A program made the position numbers and the translations under genes. The notes beneath the pieces are model-generated. The model was not told where the DNA came from and ran no database searches. It saw only the letters and a list, made by a program, of their open reading frames with translations. Of a DNA stretch of 30,287 nt, positions 1 to 8,587 are shown piece after piece. This stretch comes from Oligoflexia bacterium (GTDB taxonomy: Bacteria; Bdellovibrionota; UBA1018): positions 1 to 30,287 of the forward strand of contig JAYTHP010000150.1 in assembly GCA_043732485.1 (NCBI GenBank). Direction: 5' to 3'. Every line of letters starts with the position of its first letter. Position 1 is the stretch's first letter.

Positions 1-325
1 GGGGGGGTGGGGTCACGAGGATCAAGCGGGGAATTGAGGGGGCAAAAAAAATAGCGGCATCACCTTGAACTGACCGCAGCAGGGAAATCATTTCTCAGGT
101 TGCGGTGCATTGTTTTTTCAAAAAAGTGGCGGTTTTTCCCGGAAACCCAATTCCAGGCGAGTGATGCGGCCAAAGTTTACGGACTCAAGCGAAGTGAGGA
201 GAAAAAGCGTTACGATCTTTAGGTTGGGTTCAGTACATGTCACTCTTTTGACGCAATCCCTCCGCCTGCCACTCACCTCACTCTTCCGCCCACCACGCAA
301 AAGCTTTGAGGAGTGAAAAATGCCG

Positions 326-3300
326 CTACGAAAACAGGGCTCTTAAGTACAAGAAGATTGCCAGCGGCTGTTGTGAGGCTTCGCGAGGCACCGGGGCGAG
401 TAAAACGACGCGCCCGTCGGCGAGCACTTGAAAAGGAGTCCTTTTGGCGCTGAGGTTGGCGTGCAGTGGCTGGTGCTGGTCCGGTTGCGGCAAAAGCAGC
501 AGTTTCACGGGCGTGTCTGGGCGGTGGTTGGGGAGTGACGGCGTGGGTGCGGGCGGGAGGCTTGGGGGCTGCGGCCTTGAGGTGAGCGCGTGCGTGGTCG
601 AGCCGCTTCGTTTGCGCAAAGTCGGTTGCGGGGGGAGCGAGATTGCCGGGCTTGGAGGCGCGCTTTCGCTGGCTTTAGGTTGCAAGTTGATCTTCAGTTT
701 CAGGATTTTCTGGTTGCGCAGCAGGATTTTAAGGCGCATGAGCATCAGGAGCTGTTTGGCTTCAAGCGGCAAGGCACCGAAGCGATCGGCGAGCTCTGCT
801 TCCAGCTCCAGGATCTCAGCGTCGTCCGTCATGACGGAAAGCCTACGGTAAAGCGCGAGTCGTTGGTGAACTGGCGGGATGTAGTCTTCGCCTAAGTAGG
901 CTGCAAAAGGAAAATGAATGTCAGGCTCGTTTTTGAGTGCCGCTGAGCGTGGGTGGGCGCCTGCGGATCCTGCGGGTAAGGACGAAGACGACTGGTCTAG
1001 CCCCTGCATGGCCTCTTCCAGCAGTTCCAGGTAGAGATCAAAGCCGACGGAGGCAATATTTCCTGATTGTTTTGATCCGATAATGTCGCCGCCACCGCGG
1101 GCTTCCAGGTCGTGGAGGGCGATTTGAAAGCCGCTGCCGAGTTCGACGTTTTTTTGTAAGGTGTTGAGGCGCAAGAGCGCGTCTTCGCTCACTTCGGTTT
1201 CTTCGGGGATCAGGAGGTAAGCCACGGCCCGCTCTGTGCTGCGGCCCACGCGTCCTCGGATCTGGTAGAGTTGTGATAAGCCTAAAAGGTCGGCGCGGTT
1301 GACGAGCAGGGTATTGGCGTTAGGAACGTCAAGGCCTGACTCAATAATCGTGGTGCATAACAGCACTTGGATTTCGTGGGCGTGAAACGCTAGCATTTGT
1401 TTTTCTAACAAGGCGCTGGGCATTTGTCCGTGGGCCGCGGCAAAGCGCACGTGAGGCATCAGGGCTTGCAGTTGCTCTAAGCAAGGCAGCAGGGTCTCAA
1501 TCCTAGGGTGCAGGAAGTAGACTTGGCCGCCACGTTGTATTTCAAATTCAATGGCTTTTTCGATCAGCGGGAGACTGAATTGCGCGAGATAGGTGCGAAT
1601 GGGTAGGCGGTTTTTGGGGGGGGTGCGCAGCAGACTCATCTCGCGTAACCCGCCTAGGGTCATGTGTAAGGTTCTGGGGATAGGAGTAGCCGACAGCGCC
1701 AAGGCGTGGGTGTTAGTCTTGAGGGTTTTGAGTTTCTCTTTGTGACGCACGCCAAAGCGATGCTCCTCGTCCACCACGATCAGCCCTAGGTTTTGAAACT
1801 GGATGTCGTTGGAGAGCAGGCGATGGGTGCCAATGATCAAGTCAATTTTGCCTTGCGCTAGCTCCTGGAGGATGGTTTTTTGTTGGGCTGCACTTTTAAA
1901 GCGGGAAACGGAGCGAATGAGGATGGGAAAAGCGCGAAAGCGCGCTTGAAATGCCACCTCGTGTTGTTGCGCCAGTAAGGTGGTGGGGGCAAGCAGCGCC
2001 ACTTGGTAGCCGCTTGCAATCACCTGAAAGGCCGCCCGCATGGCGATTTCCGTTTTCCCAAACCCCACGTCGCCGCAAATCAGGCGGTCCATGGGTTGAC
2101 CGGATTGGAGATCGCTTTCAATGGCCTCAAGCGCGCTCAGTTGGTCGGGGGTTTCGCTAAAGGGAAAGTGCGAGATGAAGTCAGAAAAATCCGCTCCCGG
2201 TGGCGCAACACTGAGCCCTTTTTGCTTTTTGCGCTGAGCATAGAGCTGGACCAGCTCGAAGGCGAGCGTCTCGGTATCTTCGCGCACTTGCTGCAAGGTT
2301 TTTTGAAACTTCGGGCTGCCGAGCAGATCAAGCGGCGGGTGAGCCTCCGGACCGAGGTATTTTTGGAGCCAGGCGAGTTTATCGACTGGCACATAGAGTC
2401 GATCGGCACCCGCGTATTCGAGCGTGACAAAATCGCTGGGAGCGCCCGATAAGGTGAGTCGACTTAACCCCTGATAGCGCCCTAAACCGTAATCGCGGTG
2501 AATCAGGGAGTCACCCACCTGAAACTCACCAAGCAGCGGCTGCTTCTTAGGAGAGGGCGAGGGGCGGGCTTTTTTGGGTCCGCTGCCGAGCCCCTTGATC
2601 CGCCCCTCGCTTAAGTTCAAGACCATCAGCTGTTCTTGCTCCCAGTAAAACCCCCCGCTCAAGCGGCCAGGCACGAGGTAAAGACCGGGGAGTTGGCTTG
2701 CAAACGAGCTTTGCACCGCGCAGCCTAAAGCGGCCAGTTCGGCGCGCACCTCCTCAGCTTGAGTGGCTGTTGCGACCACCCCGAGCATGCGGGTCCCCTG
2801 TTTTTGATGGCGCAAAAGCCAGCGACTGAATTGCTCAAGCGATTGGTGGCGGGCCGTGGGGTCCTCCCAGGTCTCTTGCGGGGTTTTCATGGGCAAAAAA
2901 ATCAAAGCTGGCTTGCTCCCTGCCGCGGGGGTCATTTCGGTGAGCTGCAAAAGATCAAAAAACAAATCAGCCGTGGCGCCGCCGCCCTGAGGTTCCGCTC
3001 CTTGCTTTGACCGTGCCATTAGCCTCTCGGGCGGTAAAAAGAGTGCTTCAGGCGGAGGCAGTAGACGGTAGGAGGTGGGGGTGTGAGGGGCGCTAGGGGA
3101 GGGTTTAAGGAGCGCATTATTTTCTGCAATCTGAGCGTCAAAAAACTGCTGCCAGTGCTTCAGGCAATGGGCCTGCTCGTTCCAGACCCAGGAGGTGGGG
3201 TGTGCCAGGTAATCGCACAAGGTGCTGGTGGCGTTCGTGAGGCCATCGTCCAGGCTATCGTTTGGCGTGGCAAAGCAAAAAGGAGCCCAAAGCAACGCGT

Positions 3301-4165
3301 CGGGGAGAAACTGACCGCGTTGGGCTGCTTGCAGGGTGCTTTCAAGCTTACGCAGCGGCCATTTGAGTTCCAAAGCGCGATTTTTCAGTTGGGTCAGCAG
3401 CGGACGTCGATGCTGGGCCTGGAAGAGCACCTCGTAGGCGGGAGGAACCCGCAATGTTTGGGGAGAGGTGGGGGTTGCGTCACCCGGGGCACGCGCCTGC
3501 CTGGTGGAAACTTGGGTGTCTGGATGAAAAAAGCTGATGCGGCTGATCTCACCGTCTTCTCCGAGTTCCAAGCGAGTCGGTAGGCTTGCGTCGCTAGGAA
3601 AAAGATCAATAATCTCGCCGCGCAGCGAAAAGGTGCCTGGATCTTCCACTAAGTCGCACTCCAGGTAGCCGCGCTCGGTGAGGCTGCTTGCCAGGGTGCC
3701 GTAAGCGGGTTGATCGCCTAAGCGAAAATGGAGCAGCGCCTCGCAAAACGCCTGCGGCGGCAAGATCACCTGGCTGATGGCAGGCAAAGTGCTGATCACC
3801 AACTCAAGGCGGCTGATGGGGGTGGTGGTGGTGGAGTTTTGGGTGAGTCGGGAGAGCGTTTTTAAGCGCTCAAAGCGCACCTGGGGGCTGGCTTTCACGC
3901 TGCTATAGAGCGAATGATCCCAGTGGGGGAAAAAAGCAAAGCGCTCCTCGTGGCGGGAGGAAGAGGACGAAGAGGAGCTGGGCTTGAGCGCCGCTGCCAG
4001 CGTGAGCAGGCACTCGAACAGCTCGCGGGCTTGCTCCTCATCAGGGCACAGCACCAGTGCAGGGAGCTGGGGGAAGGCATTTTGGGCGAGGGCTTGCAGC
4101 AAGATCCAGGCGCGAGCGGAAAGCGGAGCGCCTGCAAACCGAGTGGGCAGTGAGAGTGAATTCAT
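326..4165 (-). CDS. mfd: Transcription-repair coupling factor Mfd
   Basis: 1279 aa. UvrB-like N-terminal region (FSLRGEIIDLFP), CarD/TRCF RID domain (HRDYGLGRYQG...LYVPV), Walker A GDVGFGKT, DEEH, SATPIPRT, QIRGRVGR, TRG motif DLEARGGG, C-terminal RLALYRRL...ELADRFG. Confidence 0.97.
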   Translation of the reverse strand: MNSLSLPTRFAGAPLSARAWILLQALAQNAFPQLPALVLCPDEEQARELFECLLTLAAALKPSSSSSSSSRHEERFAFFPHWDHSLYSSVKASPQVRFERLKTLSRLTQNSTTTTPISRLELVISTLPAISQVILPPQAFCEALLHFRLGDQPAYGTLASSLTERGYLECDLVEDPGTFSLRGEIIDLFPSDASLPTRLELGEDGEISRISFFHPDTQVSTRQARAPGDATPTSPQTLRVPPAYEVLFQAQHRRPLLTQLKNRALELKWPLRKLESTLQAAQRGQFLPDALLWAPFCFATPNDSLDDGLTNATSTLCDYLAHPTSWVWNEQAHCLKHWQQFFDAQIAENNALLKPSPSAPHTPTSYRLLPPPEALFLPPERLMARSKQGAEPQGGGATADLFFDLLQLTEMTPAAGSKPALIFLPMKTPQETWEDPTARHQSLEQFSRWLLRHQKQGTRMLGVVATATQAEEVRAELAALGCAVQSSFASQLPGLYLVPGRLSGGFYWEQEQLMVLNLSEGRIKGLGSGPKKARPSPSPKKQPLLGEFQVGDSLIHRDYGLGRYQGLSRLTLSGAPSDFVTLEYAGADRLYVPVDKLAWLQKYLGPEAHPPLDLLGSPKFQKTLQQVREDTETLAFELVQLYAQRKKQKGLSVAPPGADFSDFISHFPFSETPDQLSALEAIESDLQSGQPMDRLICGDVGFGKTEIAMRAAFQVIASGYQVALLAPTTLLAQQHEVAFQARFRAFPILIRSVSRFKSAAQQKTILQELAQGKIDLIIGTHRLLSNDIQFQNLGLIVVDEEHRFGVRHKEKLKTLKTNTHALALSATPIPRTLHMTLGGLREMSLLRTPPKNRLPIRTYLAQFSLPLIEKAIEFEIQRGGQVYFLHPRIETLLPCLEQLQALMPHVRFAAAHGQMPSALLEKQMLAFHAHEIQVLLCTTIIESGLDVPNANTLLVNRADLLGLSQLYQIRGRVGRSTERAVAYLLIPEETEVSEDALLRLNTLQKNVELGSGFQIALHDLEARGGGDIIGSKQSGNIASVGFDLYLELLEEAMQGLDQSSSSLPAGSAGAHPRSAALKNEPDIHFPFAAYLGEDYIPPVHQRLALYRRLSVMTDDAEILELEAELADRFGALPLEAKQLLMLMRLKILLRNQKILKLKINLQPKASESAPPSPAISLPPQPTLRKRSGSTTHALTSRPQPPSLPPAPTPSLPNHRPDTPVKLLLLPQPDQHQPLHANLSAKRTPFQVLADGRVVLLAPVPREASQQPLAIFLYLRALFS

Positions 4166-4185
4166 TAGGGATCTACTTACCGGGC

Positions 4186-4214
4186 TTGACAGTGATTTTC
4201 AAGTTCAGTACTCT
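4186..4214 (+). promoter_or_regulatory. Putative sigma70 promoter for the nuo cluster
   Basis: TTGACA (4186-4191), 17 bp spacer, TACTCT (4209-4214, TANNNT), 72 bp upstream of the first nuo-like ATG in the divergent mfd/nuo intergenic region. Confidence 0.65.
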
Positions 4215-4246
4215 TTTCTTGAGGAGTAGAGGGGGATCTGCTGCTA

Positions 4247-4264
4247 TCGTCGTCGTCGTCGTCG
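4247..4264. repeat. (TCG)6 microsatellite in the putative nuo 5' leader
   Basis: tcgtcgtcgtcgtcgtcg read directly from the sequence. Confidence 0.9.
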
Positions 4265-4286
4265 GACCCTTTTTCTTGTTTTTCTA

Positions 4287-4742
4287 ATGCCTATGCTGAC
4301 TAATAAATGGGATTCCTACTCAATTGTCTTCCTCTCGGCGCTGCTCGCGTTGTTCATTCCCATTTTTTTAGCCTTCTTGTCCTGGTTGCTTTCGCTAACG
4401 CATCAAAAACGAGCGGTTAGTCCAAGTCCTAAGGCAGTGCACAAGGGGGTTCCCAAAAGCGCTCCCGTCAGTGCCGTGCCTTCGTTGATTCTGCTGGGTG
4501 GCCGCATTCACGTGCGTTTTTTTCTGGCGACCAATGCCGCACTGATTTTAATCACGCTCAGTCTTTTGCTGATCCCCTTTGTCACGGTGGTGGACGGAGG
4601 GGGAGCCGGGGGGGCGGCGGTGGATTGGACGAGCGGAGTGGGTGTAGGCGGGGTCCCCAATCGTTTGTTAGGTATTTTGAGTGTGGCTTTGTTTGCGGCG
4701 TTAGGTTTGCTCTATTCGATTCACAAAGAAGACATGGGTTAA
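4287..4742 (+). CDS. nuoA: Divergent NuoA-like membrane subunit (set 1)
   Basis: 151 aa, three hydrophobic segments, first gene before nuoB. RFFL...LIPF and LGLLYSIHKE echo NuoA KFYLVA...LYP and GYLY..K, but the ECG and FDVE motifs are absent. Confidence 0.7.
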   Translation: MPMLTNKWDSYSIVFLSALLALFIPIFLAFLSWLLSLTHQKRAVSPSPKAVHKGVPKSAPVSAVPSLILLGGRIHVRFFLATNAALILITLSLLLIPFVTVVDGGGAGGAAVDWTSGVGVGGVPNRLLGILSVALFAALGLLYSIHKEDMG

Positions 4743-4775
4743 TGACTTCGAACTTCGGTGCTTTGGGTTAAAATC

Positions 4776-5243
4776 ATGGGATCTTTTTACTTAGCCACTT
4801 TAGGTCAACTCGTCAAATGGGCGCGCTCCCGTTCCTTATGGTATGTCACCACTGGGTCAGGCTGTTGCGGCGACGAGGTGCTCAATGCCATGGGCTGTCG
4901 CTATGACCTGGAGCGCTTTGGTTGTTTGCCGCAAGTCGATCCGCGGCAAGCCGATTTGCTGATCGTGTGTGGGATGGTTTCCTACAAGGCGATGCCTTAT
5001 TTGCTCGATTTTTATGATAAAATGCTTTCTCCTAAGTATGTCTTAGCGGTAGGTTCTTGTGCCAGCTCAGGAGGGCCGTTTTCTCCGGATCTGAGTTACT
5101 CGGTGGTGCCGGGGGTGAACGCGGTGATTCCGGTGGATGTTTACGTGCCCGGATGTCCCCCTCGGCCGGAGGCGGTCATGAATGGTTTGATTGCCTTGCA
5201 GGAGAAAATTTGTGGACAACGATCCGCTACGTTTGAAAATTGA
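4776..5243 (+). CDS. nuoB: NuoB-like Fe-S (N2) subunit (set 1)
   Basis: GCC.DE, YDLERFG, PRQADLLIV, GSCASSGG, VDVYVPGCPPRPEA. ATG at 4776 preferred; the ORF is open from GTG 4758. Confidence 0.95.
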   Translation: MGSFYLATLGQLVKWARSRSLWYVTTGSGCCGDEVLNAMGCRYDLERFGCLPQVDPRQADLLIVCGMVSYKAMPYLLDFYDKMLSPKYVLAVGSCASSGGPFSPDLSYSVVPGVNAVIPVDVYVPGCPPRPEAVMNGLIALQEKICGQRSATFEN

Positions 5244-5733
5244 GCAGGCTTTTCCCGGGGTGCTCCTCGAGGGACGCCCTTTTGGCAAGTCCGATTGGCC
5301 TTCTCCTCTCTGGATTGCTTCTCACGCCTTAGCCGGGGTAGCGAAGTTGCTGAAGCAGGATCCCTCCGCGCCGTTGACTTTTTTAGAGAACTTGTCGGTA
5401 GTGGAGTTGGAGCAGGGGCTGATTGCCTCGTATTTTCTCAGTACGCGGGATTTTAAGAAAAAAGCGATGATTCGCTTCACCCTAGCGCTCGACCCGCTGG
5501 TGCCGCTGGTGATTCCTTCTGTCAAGCAGGTCTGGCCGATGGCCAAGCCGATGGAGCAAGAAATCAGTGAGCTGTTTGGCATTCAATTTGTGCTGCCCAA
5601 CGGGCAAAAAGTGGCTCATAGTGGCGGTCTCTTGGCGCCGGATTGGGCGGGCTATCCCCTGCGCAAGGCTTATAGCTTTCCCAGTCAATTTCAGGGGGTG
5701 ACTCATGCCAGAAATGGGGTGTCGCGTGGGTAA
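5212..5733 (+). CDS. nuoC: NuoC-like subunit (set 1)
   Basis: IPSVKQVWPMAKPMEQEISELFGIQF and DWAGYPLRK match NuoC (W..A.W.ERE..D.FG; GHPLRK). In-frame GTG at 5212 has GGAG upstream at 5201-5204. Confidence 0.88.
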   Translation: MDNDPLRLKIEQAFPGVLLEGRPFGKSDWPSPLWIASHALAGVAKLLKQDPSAPLTFLENLSVVELEQGLIASYFLSTRDFKKKAMIRFTLALDPLVPLVIPSVKQVWPMAKPMEQEISELFGIQFVLPNGQKVAHSGGLLAPDWAGYPLRKAYSFPSQFQGVTHARNGVSRG

Positions 5734-5739
5734 AAGCGC

Positions 5740-6888
5740 ATGAGGATGGACTGGATTGAGAACAAAAGTTTACTGACGCTCTGGGAGATGGGTCCTTATC
5801 ACAGTGCGTTGCCCGGTCCGATGCGGCTGCGTTTGTGGCTAGACGGCGAGTGGATTGCTGGTAGTGAGGTGGAGCACGGTTTTTTGCACCGAGGGTTAGA
5901 AAAGTGTCTAGAGTTGCATTCCTGGCGCGAGGCGTTGGCGTATGTCGATCATCTCGATCCTGAGGCGGCCATTTTTGGTGAGCTCGTTTTTTGCCTGGCA
6001 GTGGAAGAAATCCTGGGGGTGGAAGTGCCCGAGCGGGCGCAATTTATTCGCATGATTGTGGCTGAGCTCAGTCGCATTAGCTCGCATTTGCTCTTCATGG
6101 TGCGCATTGCCCAAGCGGTTGGCTCCGAAACGATCGTCCATTATCTGCTGCGCGACCGTGAAAAGATCCTTGATTTGTTTGAGCTCTTGACCGGGGCGCG
6201 TTTTTCCCATCACTTTTTGCGCTTTGGGGGGGTGGCCTATGACATGTCGGATGGTTTTATTGAGCGGGTGCTGGAGGTCTGTGATCTGATTCAAATTCGG
6301 ATGAAAGAGTACAACGATTTGTTCACCTATAACAATATTTTCGTGAAACGCAGCGCCAACATTGGGGTGTTAACGGCAGCGCAAGCTTTTGCAGCAGGCG
6401 TCACTGGTCCCAATGCGAGGGCCTGCGGGGTGGACGTCGATTTACGGCGGGAGTGTCCTTATTTGCGCTATCAGGATTTAGACTTTAATCCTGCAGTGGG
6501 GGCCGGAGAGGTGGGCAGTTTGGGGGACGTGCATGATCGCTTTTTGGTGCGGTTGCGGGAAATGGAACAAAGCATCCATTTGCTGAGGCAAGCGGTGCGG
6601 CAGGTGCCAGCCGGGGCGTTTTCCGAACCACACCGCGGGGACAGCGCCAGTTTGTTTGATTTTACCGTGGCGCCTGGTGAGGCTTATGCCCGGATTGAGA
6701 GCGCCCGCGGCTTGTTGGGCTGTCACGTGGTTTCCGACGGCAAGGAGCGTCCGTGCCGGGTGCAGTTTCGCGTGCCGACCCAGGGTCATTTATTAGTCTT
6801 ACCGGAACTACTCCAAGGCGCGAGGATTGAAGATTTATCGGTGATCCTTGCGAGTCTGGATCTGGGAATGGCGGAGGCGGACCGATGA
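5740..6888 (+). CDS. nuoD: NuoD-like subunit lacking quinone-site residues (set 1)
   Basis: MGPYH, LDGE, GFLHRGLEK, ELSRISSHL, RFGGV, C-terminal ASLDLGMAEADR. No NiFe CxxC motifs. Confidence 0.93.
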   Translation: MRMDWIENKSLLTLWEMGPYHSALPGPMRLRLWLDGEWIAGSEVEHGFLHRGLEKCLELHSWREALAYVDHLDPEAAIFGELVFCLAVEEILGVEVPERAQFIRMIVAELSRISSHLLFMVRIAQAVGSETIVHYLLRDREKILDLFELLTGARFSHHFLRFGGVAYDMSDGFIERVLEVCDLIQIRMKEYNDLFTYNNIFVKRSANIGVLTAAQAFAAGVTGPNARACGVDVDLRRECPYLRYQDLDFNPAVGAGEVGSLGDVHDRFLVRLREMEQSIHLLRQAVRQVPAGAFSEPHRGDSASLFDFTVAPGEAYARIESARGLLGCHVVSDGKERPCRVQFRVPTQGHLLVLPELLQGARIEDLSVILASLDLGMAEADR

Positions 6889-8054
6889 TCGGGTCAAGGT
6901 TCGGTTTGGCACTCCTGAGCACGGCAGCTGCGGCCACCCCGGGGTTAAGCGCCGACCCGGTGGCGGCCACCACGACAACAACGCCTGTGGCCAGTGCGTG
7001 GATCCATTACTGGATTCAGCCGCATGATGTGGGCCTCCCCTCGTGGTTTCTCTTCATCTTGACCTTAATCTTGATCTATCTGACGGTCTTGATTCCGGCT
7101 GCAGGGCTGATGATGTATCTTGATCGCAGGTTAGGCGCAGTTTTTCAAGCGCGCATCGGACCGCAGCGGGTCGGGCTGCAGGGGTTGTTGCAGCCCTTAG
7201 CCGATTTTTTAAAGTTATTACAAAAAGAGCTCTTGCAGCAAAAAAGCTGGCAAGAGAGCTTTTGGTTGGGGCTGTATACCATGGCCTTGTACTCGGTGCT
7301 TGCGGTCTTGCCGCTCGGCTCGCTGGCGCTGATGGTGGATACCGAGATGAGCGCTTTTTTGCCTTTCTGGGCGGCTTTGGTGTTTGCCTTAGGGACGATG
7401 CTCTTGGGCTTGAATCAGGGGTCGGTGCCAGGCTGGCTGGGCGGTATTCGGGTGGCAGCCCAGACTTTGGCGGGGGCTTTTCCGGCGCTCATCTCGCTGG
7501 TGTGTGCCGGGGTCAATGCCGGTAGTTTCCGCTGGAGTGTGCTTGCGGGCGCGCAGCGGGTGACGCCGTGGAGTTGGACGGCGCTCAGCAATCCGTTTCA
7601 ATTTAGTGCCTTTGTGGTGTTCATGATGAGTGGCTTGGTCCTGCTTGCGATTCCGCCGCTTGATGGCGGGTTGTCAGGCCCGGAGATGCAAGGTGGGATT
7701 TCTTCCTCGCTGTTTGGTCGGAATTTAAGTCTGTTTCACTTTGGCAGGTTTTTTGGCTTCTTCTTTTGGTCGATCATCACGGTGGTGCTGTTTTTAGGGG
7801 CGTGGGCCTTGCCTGAGTCCTTGCGTGATTTTCTGATGGACAGTGAGTCCTATCGCTCCTTGATTTTACTGGAGTTAGGCTGCGTGCTGGTTAAAAGTTT
7901 GTCGCTGATGGTCTTGGTGATTTGGGTTGCCAGGGTCAATCCCCGCAGTCGAGTCGACCAGATTACCGATTTTGCCTGGACGGTGCTGAGTCCTTTTGCG
8001 CTGATGAGCCTAGTGGGTGTGACGCTTTATGCCGGATGGAAGGCGCACGGATGA
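6885..8054 (+). CDS. nuoH: NuoH-like membrane subunit (set 1)
   Basis: QARIGPQRVG..GLLQPLADFLKLLQKE and PRSRVDQ. ATGA overlap with the nuoD stop. Confidence 0.92.
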   Translation: MIGSRFGLALLSTAAAATPGLSADPVAATTTTTPVASAWIHYWIQPHDVGLPSWFLFILTLILIYLTVLIPAAGLMMYLDRRLGAVFQARIGPQRVGLQGLLQPLADFLKLLQKELLQQKSWQESFWLGLYTMALYSVLAVLPLGSLALMVDTEMSAFLPFWAALVFALGTMLLGLNQGSVPGWLGGIRVAAQTLAGAFPALISLVCAGVNAGSFRWSVLAGAQRVTPWSWTALSNPFQFSAFVVFMMSGLVLLAIPPLDGGLSGPEMQGGISSSLFGRNLSLFHFGRFFGFFFWSIITVVLFLGAWALPESLRDFLMDSESYRSLILLELGCVLVKSLSLMVLVIWVARVNPRSRVDQITDFAWTVLSPFALMSLVGVTLYAGWKAHG

Positions 8055-8587
8055 GGTATTCCTTTATTTCCCAGTTTTTAATTTACCTCTGGGGGGTTTT
8101 TCAAGGGGCGCGTTCACTGGGGCAAGCCTGCTGGGTGGCGGTGCCTTATATTTTTCGCTGGGGGGAGCTCAAGCGAGAGGTGACAGATGGTTATCCCGAT
8201 CCGGTGTCTTCGCGCACGGCGGATGATTTGCCGCAACGCAGCCGGGGCTTTTTGTTCAATGAAATTGATCGCTGTACCGGATGCCGCGAGTGCGAGCGGG
8301 TGTGTCCGACCCACTGTATTAGCATTGAAGAAGAACCAGGGGCTGATGTCTCAAAAACCTGGATTTCGGTGTTTGACATTGATTTTGCGCGTTGCATGTT
8401 TTGTGGGCTTTGTGTTGAGATCTGTCAGCCGGCCTCGCTCAATCACACCAAGCAGTATGAGGGGGCAGCCTTTCAGTTACCCGATCTGGTGGCCAGTTTT
8501 GGTCGCGGGGTGGTAACCGAGGAGCAGCGGAAGAAGTGGGCCGTGATGCGGGAAGAGCAAGTCAATGATGAGGATGATTTCTTGTGA
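8051..8587 (+). CDS. nuoI: NuoI-like 2x[4Fe-4S] subunit (set 1)
   Basis: VTDGYP, RG, CTGCRECERVCP, FDIDFARCMFCGLCVEIC. Start at ATG 8051 (ATGA overlap with the nuoH stop) rather than 7922. Confidence 0.93.
   Translation: MRYSFISQFLIYLWGVFQGARSLGQACWVAVPYIFRWGELKREVTDGYPDPVSSRTADDLPQRSRGFLFNEIDRCTGCRECERVCPTHCISIEEEPGADVSKTWISVFDIDFARCMFCGLCVEICQPASLNHTKQYEGAAFQLPDLVASFGRGVVTEEQRKKWAVMREEQVNDEDDFL

Noticed and set aside
1..325. Short ORFs 110-316 (+), 118-300 (-) and possible minus-strand gene starts near 60-91
   Set aside because: No recognisable motifs, and too little sequence at the window edge to choose a frame.
5740..6888. Set 1 as a group 4 [NiFe]-hydrogenase (Ech/Hyc/Hyf/Mbh)
   Set aside because: The large subunit lacks both the RxCxxC and DPCxxC Ni-binding motifs and ends in a NuoD-type EADR. 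No maturation genes are present in the window.
5740..6888. Set 1 as MBX/MBS sulfane reductase or Fpo
   Set aside because: No Cys at the positions equivalent to the MBS catalytic cysteines, no Mrp-type Na+ module and no fpoF/fpoO. Gene order is nuo-type.
7922..8050. N-terminal extension of NuoI1 given by the ORF track (likewise 8955-9116 for NuoK1 and 5191-5211 for NuoC1)
   Set aside because: These overlap the upstream genes out of frame. Better starts with ATGA/GTGA coupling or an SD lie downstream.
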